From positions 93,688,467 to 93,730,619 of the forward strand of contig NC_068989.1 of NCBI RefSeq assembly GCF_001194135.2: DNA of 42,153 bases. The letters are read 5' to 3'. Both the position numbers and the translations under genes were made by a program. A model generated the notes under the pieces. It saw nothing but the letters and a program-made list of their open reading frames with translations, did no database searches and was not told where the DNA came from. Of this stretch, positions 25,447 through 38,213 are shown in pieces; positions within the stretch are counted from its first letter, which is position 1; every line of letters begins with the position of its first letter. The stretch comes from Octopus bimaculoides. Lineage: Eukaryota.

Positions 25447-25522
<76 letters not shown>

Positions 25523-26616
25523 GACTCTTCTCTATGGCAGATTCGTGCTGAAGTTAAAATTCCCACAATATATTTCGTTAGAAAAGTCACATAACTCTAA
25601 TATCCCTTGACTTTAGTGGATTAAAGGCATTCCTTACTGTTAATATCCCTGATTGAACATTATCGATTAATTGTTAGGCATGGAATATTTGGTACTTAAG
25701 CATATTATTTCTTTAAAGTATATTATATATATATATATATATTGTGTATTATATATATACTGGAGTAATTTCTCTGCACGTTTTGAAGTCATCGATATTA
25801 GTAGGAATCAATCCAGGATTATTTTTCACAACTGATGTAAGTTGATAGGATCTTTTTCGTGCTTTTGTATCTCTGTATTATTTCTTCATCCCTTTCAAGG
25901 TGTCACAGAAATATTGAAGATTTGGTAGTTGTTTAAATTTCAGGATCACCGCGAAGATACATTGGAATGAATTGTTGCTCAAAGAACACCAGAAAAATTG
26001 TAACTAATTCCAAAGAAGAAAAAGCTGAAGATAAAACTAAAATAAAACCTTTAAGAAAATATTGATGCAATACCATAATATAAAGTACATGGTATGCGAC
26101 TAACACAATAAAGAAAATGGCCACATTATGTCTGTGTGAATAGCATAAGCATAGGATGGACAATGACAGGTGATCGAATCCGCAGCTATATCTATTTGGC
26201 TGACGCTTTGACCTGAATAGTATTAGAAAGTTGTGTACATAGAAAATGATATAAACATTTAGCAAATGTTATATGACAGCGAGGTGGAGACGATGTTAGA
26301 CTATCTGTGGAAATTGACCGTGAGATCGAAGAAAACCTGTCAAATATATTTATGAAAAATCTGAGCAAGGATCTGTATATAATGAGATCCTTTGCGGTCC
26401 ATTTTGACCAAAATGTTACCACAAGGATATTTATGAACTATTAAAGTAGGAGGACCCTGAAATGAAATATATGTCAGATGTGAGAGAATGAAATTATAAA
26501 ATGGACACTACTTGCTTCGAATCTATATTTAGAAAATTTCGAACGATACATAGAGGATATAGCGGGTCTGCACAAAGATGATACACAAATTTCAAGAAGT
26601 GTTTCCTATTTTTCCT

Positions 26617-26672
26617 CAAGGTGATTCCTCAGCGTGGTCGCAATTAATGACTGAAACAAGTGAAAGATAAAA
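26617..26672 (+). mobile_element. SINE 3' tail fragment
   Basis: TCAAGGTGATTCCTCAGCGTGGTCGCAATTAATGACTGAAACAAG matches 16260-16322. Confidence 0.55.
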
Positions 26673-27136
26673 TTTACAACAATAGTAACTGATAAAAAGC
26701 ATGTATTAACAACAAAACCTTCTTTTGGCTTGTAACTCTAATTTACGCTATCACTAGCCAAAAAAATACACAAGTTATATAAAATACTGCAGCAACACCA
26801 GTAAAGCGAGCTGTCATTCGCTAGCGAACAGGGCTTGCTAAAATGCCTGATTTTTCCGGTAGTTTTTTCTTTCGGTGCCTATTTAGTAGCGAGCGAATAT
26901 AGACATTGTCTCAATTTCCGCATTCTTGACAAATCTAAAAAGTGGCTGCTGGAGCGATGGAAGGTGTATTTATACCTCAAGAATATATGAACTGGCAACG
27001 AGTTTGTATTTTACGCATCACTACTTAACGCTGTTGCGAGCTGCCGAATGGCACGACCAGTCATTGAACAATGACAGAAATATCATAAGAATGACCTATC
27101 CTTCGTGTCAGTTCGCAGCATTTGCCTTTCCGGTGT

Positions 27137-27184
27137 CTGTAGCTGAAGAAGAATAAATAACTCAGAAATACATGCATCCCACAG
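27137..27184 (+). ncRNA. Decayed minimal hammerhead-like motif
   Basis: CUGUAG-CUGAAGA-(weak stem II)-GAAA-UACAUGCAU-C-CCACAG: stem I 5/6 pairs, stem III one base from a 10-nt palindrome, AUC triplet. Confidence 0.4.
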
Positions 27185-28367
27185 TGTAGATAGGGTGGGC
27201 TGCGAACTGACTCGGCTTATTCACACCTCTCCTTGAAAGAATAAAGTAACTGGCATTCTTATGGGTTCAATTAATAACTATAGCAGATATTACCACCTAC
27301 GTGAATCAGGAAGCTAGCAATGGTCAAAGGCATCAGACCAAAGACCGCTTCAGACATCAGAAATCCACTGAGATATTCTCATAATTCTAAGTCAGAAAGT
27401 TTTAACGTATGTAATTGGGTTTTTCAGATTATATTTACTGCCTAGTCAGAAAAAAGCAAAGTGTAGTATCGATGACACTTAATGTATTAAGGAACTTCGT
27501 GATTTGGTGGAACAACGGGAGGGGCATTTTCTGAAAATAAAGACTCTTGCCATTGGAAGAATTATGCTGTGGACAACCAAAGACCAGGTGGTGGAGTTAA
27601 ATCAGGTAAAGAATTACAACTTTATTGATAATGGAATTTTAAAAAAAGATAACTTTAGAATCCAAACTAATTATTTACTAAGGCTCTTTACCTTTTGAAA
27701 TATAACCACAAAGTTTTCAGTATGTGCATCCATAATATATTAGTTCGACAAAGAGTAAGTTACATATTGACATGAAAATATCCCATAAGTAGTATACACA
27801 ACTACTGAGTTAAAAATACCAATATAATACCAATATAATTTACATTACATATGCAGCTGATAAGAATTACAATTCCTGTATTATTGAAAAGCTTTTATCT
27901 TCCAAACGGAATTAGTCATTATTTATTGAAATGCAATTTTGCAATTTGTTCCGGCATTCATACCAAGTGAAGAGCATATAAAATTTTATCACGCATATGT
28001 ACAGCTTCAGCGTCTCATTGAATCCGGAGTCAAATTAACAAAAATTGTGAACTAAAAACCTAATTCTATTTGCATCTCGTTCTGTGTGTTATTCTCCCTC
28101 TCTCCAACTTTCTCTCTCCCTTCTCTCTGCTTTCTCTCTGTCTCCCACTTTCTCTCTCTCCCTTCTCTCTCTCTCCCACTTTCTCTCTCTCGCCTCTCTC
28201 TCCCTTTCTCTGTGCTAAATTTCTTATGAAATATATGTTACGTATGGACACACACATACACACACACATGTCTCTCTCACACACACACGCATCTCTCTGT
28301 CTCTCACACATATACATCTCTCTCTCTTTCTCTCTCATACACACACACATATATGAAGGAAAGTTTG

Positions 28368-28408
<41 letters not shown>

Positions 28409-29189
28409 TTATACACACACACTCACAAACAAAAGCTCTCTCTCACACACGCAAGCTCCCTCTCACATACATATTTGTGGGAAATAAAGTCCTGCCACGT
28501 TTCAAGATGGGAAAGAAACGGATGCTACTTTAGTGTTAATTGATATATTTATTCCAGATAATATTTCCCTTAATTATTGATAACATAATCCCATCTATTT
28601 GGAAAATTATTGATTCTATAGGCGAAAAACTCCTCAGGTTTCGAAGTACAGAATCACCCAATAACATTTTTAAGTTCTTGAGAATTAATACACTGTTTCC
28701 TGCTAAATAATATAGCAATGATCTAAAAAGATGAGAGTCAGATTGCCAAAACAGCTATATGCAATTCCCTGATGGGTTTCTTTGTTACATGAGTAATAAC
28801 TATTTAGTCTTGTTCTATCCAGTAAAAGCGACACTCCTTTACGATGGACACACGATTGTAGATTTTACTGTAAATTGAATACAATACTTCTTCGTATTAA
28901 CTGATTCATTTTGGTTGAGCTCTTCATACTGTTTGGCACTCTTCATATTCTATCAAATACAGCGCATTACTTTTTCGGATGTATTCTTGGTCTGGAGATA
29001 GACTCTCCTTTGCATTCAGTCTTAACTATTATCGTTTCCGCCATACAGCAAACTTTTCATTAGTTGCGACGTTGTTATCCAGGAAAGGGTCAGTTGGAAA
29101 TCTAGTTTTCAATGAGGAATTTTATTAAGCGAAGTGGAAATCAGGTTTTATATCTATATATATATATATACATACAATATATATATATA

Positions 29190-29335
29190 TACAATTAATA
29201 AGAGGAATGACCATTAAAGTGAATTCCTGATATGCTAAAGATAAACGTCAAATCACCTTACCACGAAGAGTGTGTTCTCAAGAAAATGTCATAATGAAAA
29301 ATAAACAAGACAAATGAAAATATACAAAATAAAAC
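29190..29335 (+). repeat. Unclassified interspersed repeat (family D), partial copy
   Basis: Homologous to the reverse complement of 29747-29904. Confidence 0.8.
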
Positions 29336-29621
29336 TATTACCTACGTATCATGATTTCGTTATTAACACTTGCATAACGCAAAATGCAAATATCTGTAAC
29401 TCCTCAGCGTAGTCTGTCGTATTTCAAAACATATGTCACAGAAGTATACGCAGAAACCTTCAGCCGAAAGAAAACTCGTGTACAGTTCTGCAAAATATAT
29501 TTAGAGGTATCTTTCAAATGTCTTCATTTTGGGGCACTGATGCCGGAAATAACCCTGCAGATAATAAATTACTGCAGCTAATTTTCCGGGTAGAGAACTT
29601 TGCTATTTTAGATTAAATAAT

Positions 29622-29992
29622 GAGGGTAGAAATTGATATCAATCAATTAATATCAATTTAAACCAGCGTTCTAGCACATTTAAAAATCCGAGGAAATTAA
29701 AAATTATATTACAATTAATGAGAGGAATGACCACTGAAGTGGATTCGTTTTATTTTTAATATTTTCATTTGTCTTACTTCTTTTTACATTCTAGCATTTT
29801 TGCTGAGATTTTTCTTGAGAACACACTTTTCATGGTAAACGATTTGACGTCTATCTTCAGCATATTAGGAATCCACTTTAGTGGTTATTGTTCTTATTAA
29901 TTGTAATATAATATTTAAATCTTCGGATTTTTAAATATGCTAGACCACTGTTTTAAATTGATATTAATTGATCGATATCAATTTCTACCCTC
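29622..29992. repeat. Tail-to-tail family D copies forming a fold-back (arms 29622-29746 and 29869-29992)
   Basis: Manual alignment gives about 13 mismatches and 1 gap over 125 nt; loop 122 nt. Confidence 0.9.
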
Positions 29993-30324
29993 GTTTTTTA
30001 AATATANNNNNNNNNNNNNNNNNNNNNNNNNNNNNNNNNNNNNNNNNNNNNNNNNNNNNNNNNNNNNNNNNNNNNNNNNNNNNNNNNNNNNNNNNNNNNN
30101 NNNNNNNNNNNNNNNNNNNNNNNNNNNNNNNNNNNNNNNNNNNNNNNNNNNNNNNNNNNNNNNNNNNNNNNNNNNNNNNNNNNNNNNNNNNNNNNNNNNN
30201 NNNNNNNNNNNNNNNNNNNNNNNNNNNNNNNNNNNNNNNNNNNNNNNNNNNNNNNNNNNNNNNNNNNNNNNNNNNNNNNNNNNNNNNNNNNNNNNNNNNN
30301 NNNNNNNNNNNNNNNNNNNNNNNN

Positions 30325-30375
<51 letters not shown>

Positions 30376-30842
30376 ATGTATTTATACACACACACACATA
30401 TATGTATATTATGTATATGAATGGCTATGACTTAGAAAATTCCTGAAGTTAAATTTTCTGCCTCTGTAAGAACAATGGAAAGCTCAAAAATAGGAATATC
30501 CGTTTGATGGTGTTAACCTGTTGCCTTCAGCTATAGATTATCAAAAAATGTCATTAGTAACGATAAAGTATTCTGAATTTCTTTTCATTACTTTTCTTAC
30601 CAAATATAGTGGTATGTAGTTTCTGTATCTAATACATACTAAAAATCTTAATATCAGCGTCTGTCTGCTTCTGCAAAATTGCTGTAAGGGAAATTCATGG
30701 TTTTTGGATAAATTTACATCTTGCTGGAGAAGCAAAGGAGTATCTGACATTTTGCGACTAGTTACTACTCTCAACTGAAAACATAATTTCGATTCTGCCT
30801 ATTACACATCAATGAGCAGCATCTATATAACCAAACACACAC

Positions 30843-30896
<54 letters not shown>

Positions 30897-31028
30897 TCTC
30901 TCTCTTTCTCTCTCTCTCTCTAACACACACAAACACGGTCTCTCTCTCTCTCTTACACACGCACGCACGCATGCGTGCTTTGTCTACATTATTATTGAAT
31001 TATAATTATACTGTGCAAATTACATTTT

Positions 31029-31345
31029 AGGCATGGTTGTAAGGTTAAGGAGCTCACCTGTCAACCACACGTTTCTGGTTTCAGTCCTACCACTGTCTAG
31101 CACCGTGGGCAAGAATCCTACAATAGGCTCGGACCGACTAATGTCGAGTGAGATTATATATGCATGTGCGTCTTTGTGTTTGTTCACACCATCGATGCTG
31201 ATCTGTTTATGGACTCATGACATTGTGTCTAGTAGAATACAGGGACATAATAAATACCAGACTGTGCTGGGGTCGATTTATTCACCTAAACCCTTCAAAA
31301 TGATGCTAGTATGGTTGTAGTGTAATAGCTGAAACAAATTAGAGG
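31029..31345 (+). mobile_element. tRNA-derived SINE family B, full length, diverged
   Basis: Head GGCATGGTTGTAAGGTTAAGGAGCTC...GGTTTCAGTCC, body GGGCAAG...GGACCGACTAA, tail GGGGTCGATTTATTCACCTAAACCCTTCAA...GCTGAAACAA. Confidence 0.75.
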
Positions 31346-31502
31346 TAAAATATTTACTCTGTTAATCTAACTTTTCATCTGAATCTGTATATGTAGTCTT
31401 ATGTAATTTTTGGTCTATATCTAAATATACTGTGTCAATATAATTATTTTTTTAACTATCTCTACATATTTTCTGTCTAAAAACTTTTCAGCTTTATCTA
31501 TA

Positions 31503-31551
<49 letters not shown>

Positions 31552-31556
31552 ACGTC

Positions 31557-31682
31557 GACCACTAACGTGGACAATTAATGCGCTAGAAATAGATCACATC
31601 TTGTGTCTATTAAGACCTAAATTGTTCTCAACATGAAATATAGCAGCATACCAAAAACGTGAGCGGGCAAGACATTTAAAAT
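31557..31682 (+). repeat. Family D diverged copy
   Basis: GACCACTAACGTGGAC...GCTAGAAATAG...TGTTCTCAA...CAAGACATTTAAAAT matches 29208-29325. Confidence 0.55.
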
Positions 31683-31759
31683 CACCTAAACAAGCATTAT
31701 TAAACAGGAACTAGTTTCGGATTTAACAAATTCTTACCATTTGTCTATTCCTCATCAGC

Positions 31760-31893
31760 CTGTTTACATTCTGAGTTCAAATTCTGCCGAGTCCAGCTTT
31801 GCCTTTCATTCAATCGGGGTCGATAAAATAAAGTACCAGTCACACACGGATAGTGGTAGTGGGGAGGGGGGTGCTAGGTGAATGTAATCGACT
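31760..31893 (+). mobile_element. SINE family A, 5'-truncated
   Basis: TCTGAGTTCAAATTCTGCCGAG...CTTTGCCTTTCAT...GGGGTCGATAAAATAAAGTACCAG. Confidence 0.75.
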
Positions 31894-31999
31894 TGTCAAG
31901 TTGCTGGACTTGAACTTTGCAACGAACTGGGTTCCTGTTCAGGGGGAATGTTGTGATCTTTGTCACATATACGACATGGCGACAGGGTAACTAGCATTA

Positions 32000-32200
32000 T
32001 GGATCCTGGGGCTTCAACCGACTATCATAACATAGCGCACTCAATTCCTGGACGAAGCGGCGCGCGGTGTCCATGACTAAGGCACATCGTTTAACTCTCC
32101 TTTGGTTGTTATAACTGTAATAAGTAACGGCAATAGAGCTGTTACAGTCCTCTTTGCTCCAGGAATCTCATCCTTGTTCTGCTGAGTCAATGGTACGAGA
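32000..32200 (+). mobile_element. Highly degenerate SINE (family C-like)
   Basis: CTCAATTCCTGGAC...GCGGTGTCCATGACTAAGGCACAT; shares motifs with 20281-20500. Confidence 0.35.
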
Positions 32201-32319
32201 GGATGTCTATTTCTGCTCTCGATTACACCAGCAATTAACGAAAAAGCTGTACATGTTACTGAACCACACACACACTTGCAAGTGACGGCCGGCTGGAATT
32301 TATTGTTCCCAAACTATTA

Positions 32320-32509
32320 GTTTCAAATTTTGGCGCAAGACCAGCAATAGCAGGGTTGGGAGCTAGTTGATTCCAAATATCACATCAACCTCGAAAGGCA
32401 TGAACGGCAAAGTCGACCTCGGTAGAATTTGAACTCAGAACGCAAAACTGAACGAAATACCGCTAAGTATTTTGTCCGGCATGCTAATCATTCTGCCAAC
32501 TCACCACCT
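32320..32509 (-). mobile_element. SINE family A
   Basis: GGCAAAGTCGACCTCGGTAGAATTTGAACTCAGAACG...ATACCGCTAAG...TTCTGCCAACTCACC. Confidence 0.85.
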
Positions 32510-33269
32510 TCCTGTTTACAAATAATTACAATATTTTGGTATACGGTGCAGTGTGGCGTATCATGTAAAATTATTCGAAGTTTAATTCCAACTATATAAA
32601 CCAGATTTAGTTAGGATATGAAGTTAATCTCAGCCATTAACTTATATTAAACCATTTTTAGCCCTCTATATCCGATATATTGTCTTATATATTATTTTAC
32701 ATTAGAACATATTCTACATTTTGTTTATAGTCGAAAATGCAATAAAAGATGGCGAATGATATATACGGCAAAGAATAATCGTTAAAAACAAACTTATTTG
32801 CTAAACAGAATTAAAATCACAACGTCCCATTTCTTTATAGAACAGATCATGCATTTGTATTCTTTCTAAACTTTTCTTCTGGCCAATATACTAAATATAT
32901 CAATAATGGTAAAATTTCAATAACTATGAATGGTTGACCTACTTTCGTGCGCTCATTTATATTACAGCAATGAACTCATATTGAAGCGGAAACAAAGCGA
33001 AAAGCAAGGCCTTTCTCAACATAAGTTAATAGAAAGATCAAAAATACTAAACAGATAGGTCTGGTGACAAAATTGATTCTCTGCTAGAAGCAATCAATTG
33101 AAATAATTTGCTTCCCAATATTTTAGCAAATGGATAACCAACGTTTAATAAGATGAACAAAATCTATCTAAATATTGTTTGTGTATGCATGTGTATTATC
33201 CATATTGCTTCTATGATCCTGGGTGCACCTACACACACACACACACCTACACAAACACACATATATCCG

Positions 33270-33334
<65 letters not shown>

Positions 33335-33354
33335 TTATACACATATATACATAC

Positions 33355-33393
<39 letters not shown>

Positions 33394-34719
33394 CGTACTA
33401 TATGAACATATACCCACACATAAATACATACATACGCTCACATACACCTGTATATGTATGTATATATGATCCGCCTATATGCTAGCTGTGTTCCCGGTGT
33501 TCGGCTTCATACTTTCTCCACATTTCATACATTTCCGTTTGTCTTTGCATTGCACTCTGTTTCAATTCACATTATAATATATTGCAATAATTAAAAGACC
33601 AACACGGCATCAGCGGAGCACAGAGTAACAGGGTTATGGAAGAATGAAAGACAATTTGCAAAGTAACTAATACAACCCCCATTTTTCAATAAATTGTTTG
33701 TTAAATATAATATATATTTAATGTGGTAGACATGGATATGAAATATTCCTTTGAAGGAACTTCAAAAGGAGCAATTTCAGCATTGCTGTATCAGTGAAGC
33801 TTTCTTATTCGATTCGAATATGACAGCAACTGTACTGACAGTTCAATCACTTATCTCCCAACCGTGAAATGGTCCTATTCAATATTTGCTATTTGTATCC
33901 TTTGTATCAATCAATCCCACACAAGCATCGCTCCATTCTCAACTTGTTTATATACTTTACTTATTTTTGCCTTTATTACTCCATCCTGAATAGTTATTTG
34001 TTTCAGATATATAGGGTAATGGGAAATAATAAAAGCTAAATCGATAAAGCAATGAAGTTTGAAATAAGAGGAAAAAGAGCATCAACATTAATCGGATGTG
34101 CTGTAGTTCTTTCATTTCTCCAATATAGAGTGAATACAGAAGAAAAATTGATAAATCCTCTGCGGTAAAAAACATAATCTTAAGCAAATTATTGGCCGAC
34201 TTATAGTTTTTGGTTACTGTTATCTTTCGATATTAGTCTCAGTTGGGCTTTAGATATATATGCACGTAAAAAAACAAATAGAAAATTAAGATACGTATCC
34301 GGCTTGAGATAGTTTCTTTATAAATTCTCTATTGAACTCTTAATTGAACGTCATGCAAGGAATCATAGAGACATTCGAGGTTACTAATCCAGCCAGGTTT
34401 CATTAAAGTGTGTAATTTCTTAGTCAACTAAGACCTTAAGATATTTCTTATTCACAGCAAAAGATATCAATACTTTCTCTAAGAATTTTATATGAGAATT
34501 GGTTAATGCTTCCATCGAATATTCTTTTGTTTCTTAGTGTACAGGAAAGCATATACACATATAGAAACATACACATACACACACTTAGATACGCCCACAC
34601 ACCCACCTTTATACAGACATACACACACATATGTGTACACACGCACATATATATGTATTACATACATATACATATACTGATAAATAATATGTTCATATGC
34701 ATATCTCCCCCTCTCTCTC

Positions 34720-35323
34720 TATTTTGATAAAGAACCTGTTTTTTGTCTGGGTCAAGTTTGGTGTTCTGCTTAGTTGACTTCCCTGTAGAGAATGGTCATC
34801 AACCGTTCCAGCTTGTTGGTTCTCTTAGATCAATGTCGCGCAGACATATACCCGTAATACTAAATATTCCTATCAATGAAACGGAAGCACTTCAAACCAG
34901 TTCCGATTGAATAAATAAAGCATGCTCAATAGAAAATATGAACCGCAACTAAATATCCTTTAATTACACACTTGTAAGAAAAAAAAAAAGAAACTCAGTT
35001 TCTCAAAAAAAACAAAAAAACAAACCCAGATACAACAGACATAATTCTAAAACTTTAGCAAGAGTCTTCCTCCTGGGTTTCGAAACCGCAACTCTAAATC
35101 GGTATAAAATAATACCATACACCATCTCAAATACCAGTCGCTGACCTCACTTATCACTAGCCCAATGAAATTTTATCTCCGATCAGAACCTCAGGAAAAA
35201 CAATGAAACTGACCCCCTTAAGAGAATCAACCGAAACGGCTGATGACCATTCCCCCACAGGGAAGTCAACCATGCAGAACATCAAGCTTGACCAAGACAA
35301 AAAACAGGTACTTGATCAAAATA
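34720..35323. repeat. Inverted duplication of about 105-110 bp (34720-34828 vs 35219-35323)
   Basis: The reverse complement of the left arm aligns to the right arm at roughly 80% by eye, including GATGACCATTC..ACAGGGAAGTCAAC..GCAGAACA.CAA.CTTGACC.AGACAAAAAACAGG. Confidence 0.88.
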
Positions 35324-35963
35324 AAATGTCGTCACGACACCTACCACCAATCAAAACATGTTCCTATGTACAGGGAAACAACCAAAACACCAATGCCAAA
35401 GCAGGACCTATTTTTCGACCAAAAACATCCAACAAAATAATAAGACGTCATCAGAATTATAACGAATCAAAAATTAGATCCGTTCACGGAAAACATATGG
35501 ACACACAAGCTCTTCTCTAATTCCAAAATGCTCTGTTAAAAGCGAAAAGCCTTGTACACTACCGAAAAAAGAACTAAACGCAACACGACAGAAGCTGTAA
35601 GACGCCCACTTTTTTTACTCTCTTCTTTTCCTCTTTCTTTCCCTTCTCCACGTATTCTATAAGACCGAACTTTTAATAATCCACATTTTTTATATTCTTC
35701 GACGATCATTTTTGATATTATATACTCCTGTCATTGAATTTTGTGAACATTTAATCATTTAAACATGTTTTCTACTTCGTAATTTTAAATCCTGTTAAAA
35801 TGCCATTATTTTATATACGTTTATACTATTGATAAACAAAAGATTGTTGAAACTAATTTGGTATGTATCGAAATAAAATTATTTAAAAGCAAACAAGTTT
35901 TTCAAATTCACGTGCATTTTCAAAAACTGCTTAGAAATACACCCCCTCTTTCCATACATACAT

Positions 35964-36121
<158 letters not shown>

Positions 36122-36342
36122 AATAATAATATGCACACAAACACTTACACACAACACAAAAGAAAAATGTGCGCACACAAGCATATGTGCATCGAGCTTC
36201 CGAGCTACTTCCATCTACCAAATTTTACTCATGAGTCGTAGATGAGATACTCCCTAAAATTAAAGATGCTGACGCAATGTAACTGGAAGCGAATCGGCTC
36301 GATCGAAAATGATCGAGAAAAATATATCGGGCCAGAAAAGAC

Positions 36343-36431
36343 GAGTTTGCGAAACTGAACTCAGAAGGTAAAGACAGACGAAACACCGCTAAACATTTCG
36401 CCCGGCGTGCTAACCACTCTGCCAGCTCGCC
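36343..36431 (-). mobile_element. SINE family A head half
   Basis: GAACTCAGAAGGTAAAGACAGACGAAACACCGCTAAACATTTCGCCCGGCGTGCTAACCACTCTGCCAGCTCGCC. Confidence 0.85.
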
Positions 36432-36471
36432 CCGCCTTGAAATTGCAGGAATTTTACCGGAAATTTAGGAC

Positions 36472-36650
36472 GGCCAGCTGGTAGAATAGTTACCTCACGC
36501 CTGACAAAAGTCTTTGCGGCATTTCGTCAGTCTTTACGTTGTGAGTTCAAATTGGGTTGGGGTCAACCTTGCCTTTCATCCTTTCGGTGTCGACGTAATC
36601 GACATATCCCTATCTCCGAAACTTTTGGCCTTCTGCCAACATTCGAAATT
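36472..36650 (+). mobile_element. SINE family A
   Basis: GGCCAGCTGGTAGAA...GAGTTCAAATT...CTTGCCTTTCATCCTTTCGG.GTCGA. Confidence 0.8.
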
Positions 36651-38213
36651 AATATTAATGGGATTTTTAGAGGAGGCAATAAATTAAAGAAATAACATGA
36701 GCAATAACTTCACCTTTAAGTATTTTCAATATAATATAAAAATTAACATATAAAAATTAATAGTAGCATCCGAAGGAGTGAAGTGACGAAAAATAGAAGA
36801 AACTTCAATAAGGGCAATAACTACATCTTAATTCAGGAAAATTGCGTCTTCAATGAATATAAATCATAACAACAATAATATAAAGATTGTTAACTTTAAG
36901 ACAAATTATTTTCACGCGTTCCTCATTTAATTATGTTGAAATTTTTAGGAGGGTTGTTTAAAAGATTATGTCTACTGGATGCCTTTTTTTTTTGTTTTAA
37001 ATTAAACTTTAGAATTATAATGAAACAAACACGGTTATTTTATTAGTTATACACCTTAGCTTCTAAATCGAAATTATATTTCATTGCAGTGTTTGAAGAA
37101 AGATTTGAGAGGGAGTGGGGAGAGAGAAAGAAAGAGGGGAGAGAGAAGTGAAAGCGAAATAGAAAAAAGAGAGGTGGAAACAAAAACGTATAACAGCAAT
37201 GAAACCTTTGAATAAGACCTACAACAACATCGTTATCTTAAGAAGAAGATTATGTATAAGAAAATATTTTATAAACTAATGTATCCGTAATGTAACTAAG
37301 TGCATATACATACATATACACTCACAAACACACACACAGGCGCATGCACAGACGCACGCACAGACGCACACATACACCCCCACATGCCCACCGACATGAA
37401 ATAATCAAATCCAAAACTAATCAAAATTACTCTTCTCCAATATATTTTATCAGATATTTCATTTAAACTAAATTTATATTTTTTTTAGTTCTTTATTTCT
37501 GTTTTTAATTTCATTAACGCATCTCGTAAAAACATTATTGTGAGATAGTCAATATTGTTGTTCTCATTATATTTCTTAGCAAAACCATAAAGCCACAGTG
37601 AGAATTTTCACAATAATCTATATTTTCATTTAATTTTCTGATTATTTTGAATAATTCCAAGCGTCGTTGTCTAGGGAGAACTTAGTTAGATGTCGTGAGA
37701 TTGATGTCGCAGTCGAAACTATTGGATGGGGAATTGAGAAATCTTCAACTGGAAACTACATCTGCGTCCGGAAGGTGACAATAAAATATGCTTCAGTTCG
37801 TTCTTCTTAAGTTACATCGTAAATCAGGAAAGAGGATAGATTTAGTCGGCTAAACACATAAATTTTCTCTTTGCACCTCTCTCTCACATCGCATATATAC
37901 ATTCATACACGCACACACATACACACACAGAGATATACACACATGCACATAAGTACACAGATAGATGCATATTCATACAAACACATTTACACACACATAC
38001 ACACACAATATTTCATTTTGTCGAGGCGAATCAGTCTCTTGTTAGTCTGAGTTTTGCTTGAGGATATGCAGGCTCTTTCTGAAAATTACGATACTGTCTA
38101 CATTAGGCAGGAACACATGTATGTACGTACGTACATACATACATACATACATACATACATACATACATAATACATGCACACATACATACATACATACATA
38201 CATACATACATAC

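Noticed and set aside
25943-26600. Protein-like open stretches after TTTCAG at 25942 and around 26280-26560
   Set aside because: Stops occur in all frames and there is no recognisable family; this could be a very old TE but is unsupported.
27492-27605. Possible exon ELRDLVEQ...VVELNQ with a CAG|GTAAAG donor
   Set aside because: The acceptor lacks a pyrimidine tract and the peptide is not recognised.
29190-33510. Helitron interpretation of hairpin + CTAG motifs (family D; also 33482-33510 minus)
   Set aside because: Family D homology continues past CTAG, the CTAG is not followed by T, and the 33.5-kb hairpin has only 3 bp.
35230-35250. GAAAC followed by CUGAUGA
   Set aside because: Only 2 nt separate GAAAC from CUGAUGA, so stems III and I cannot form.
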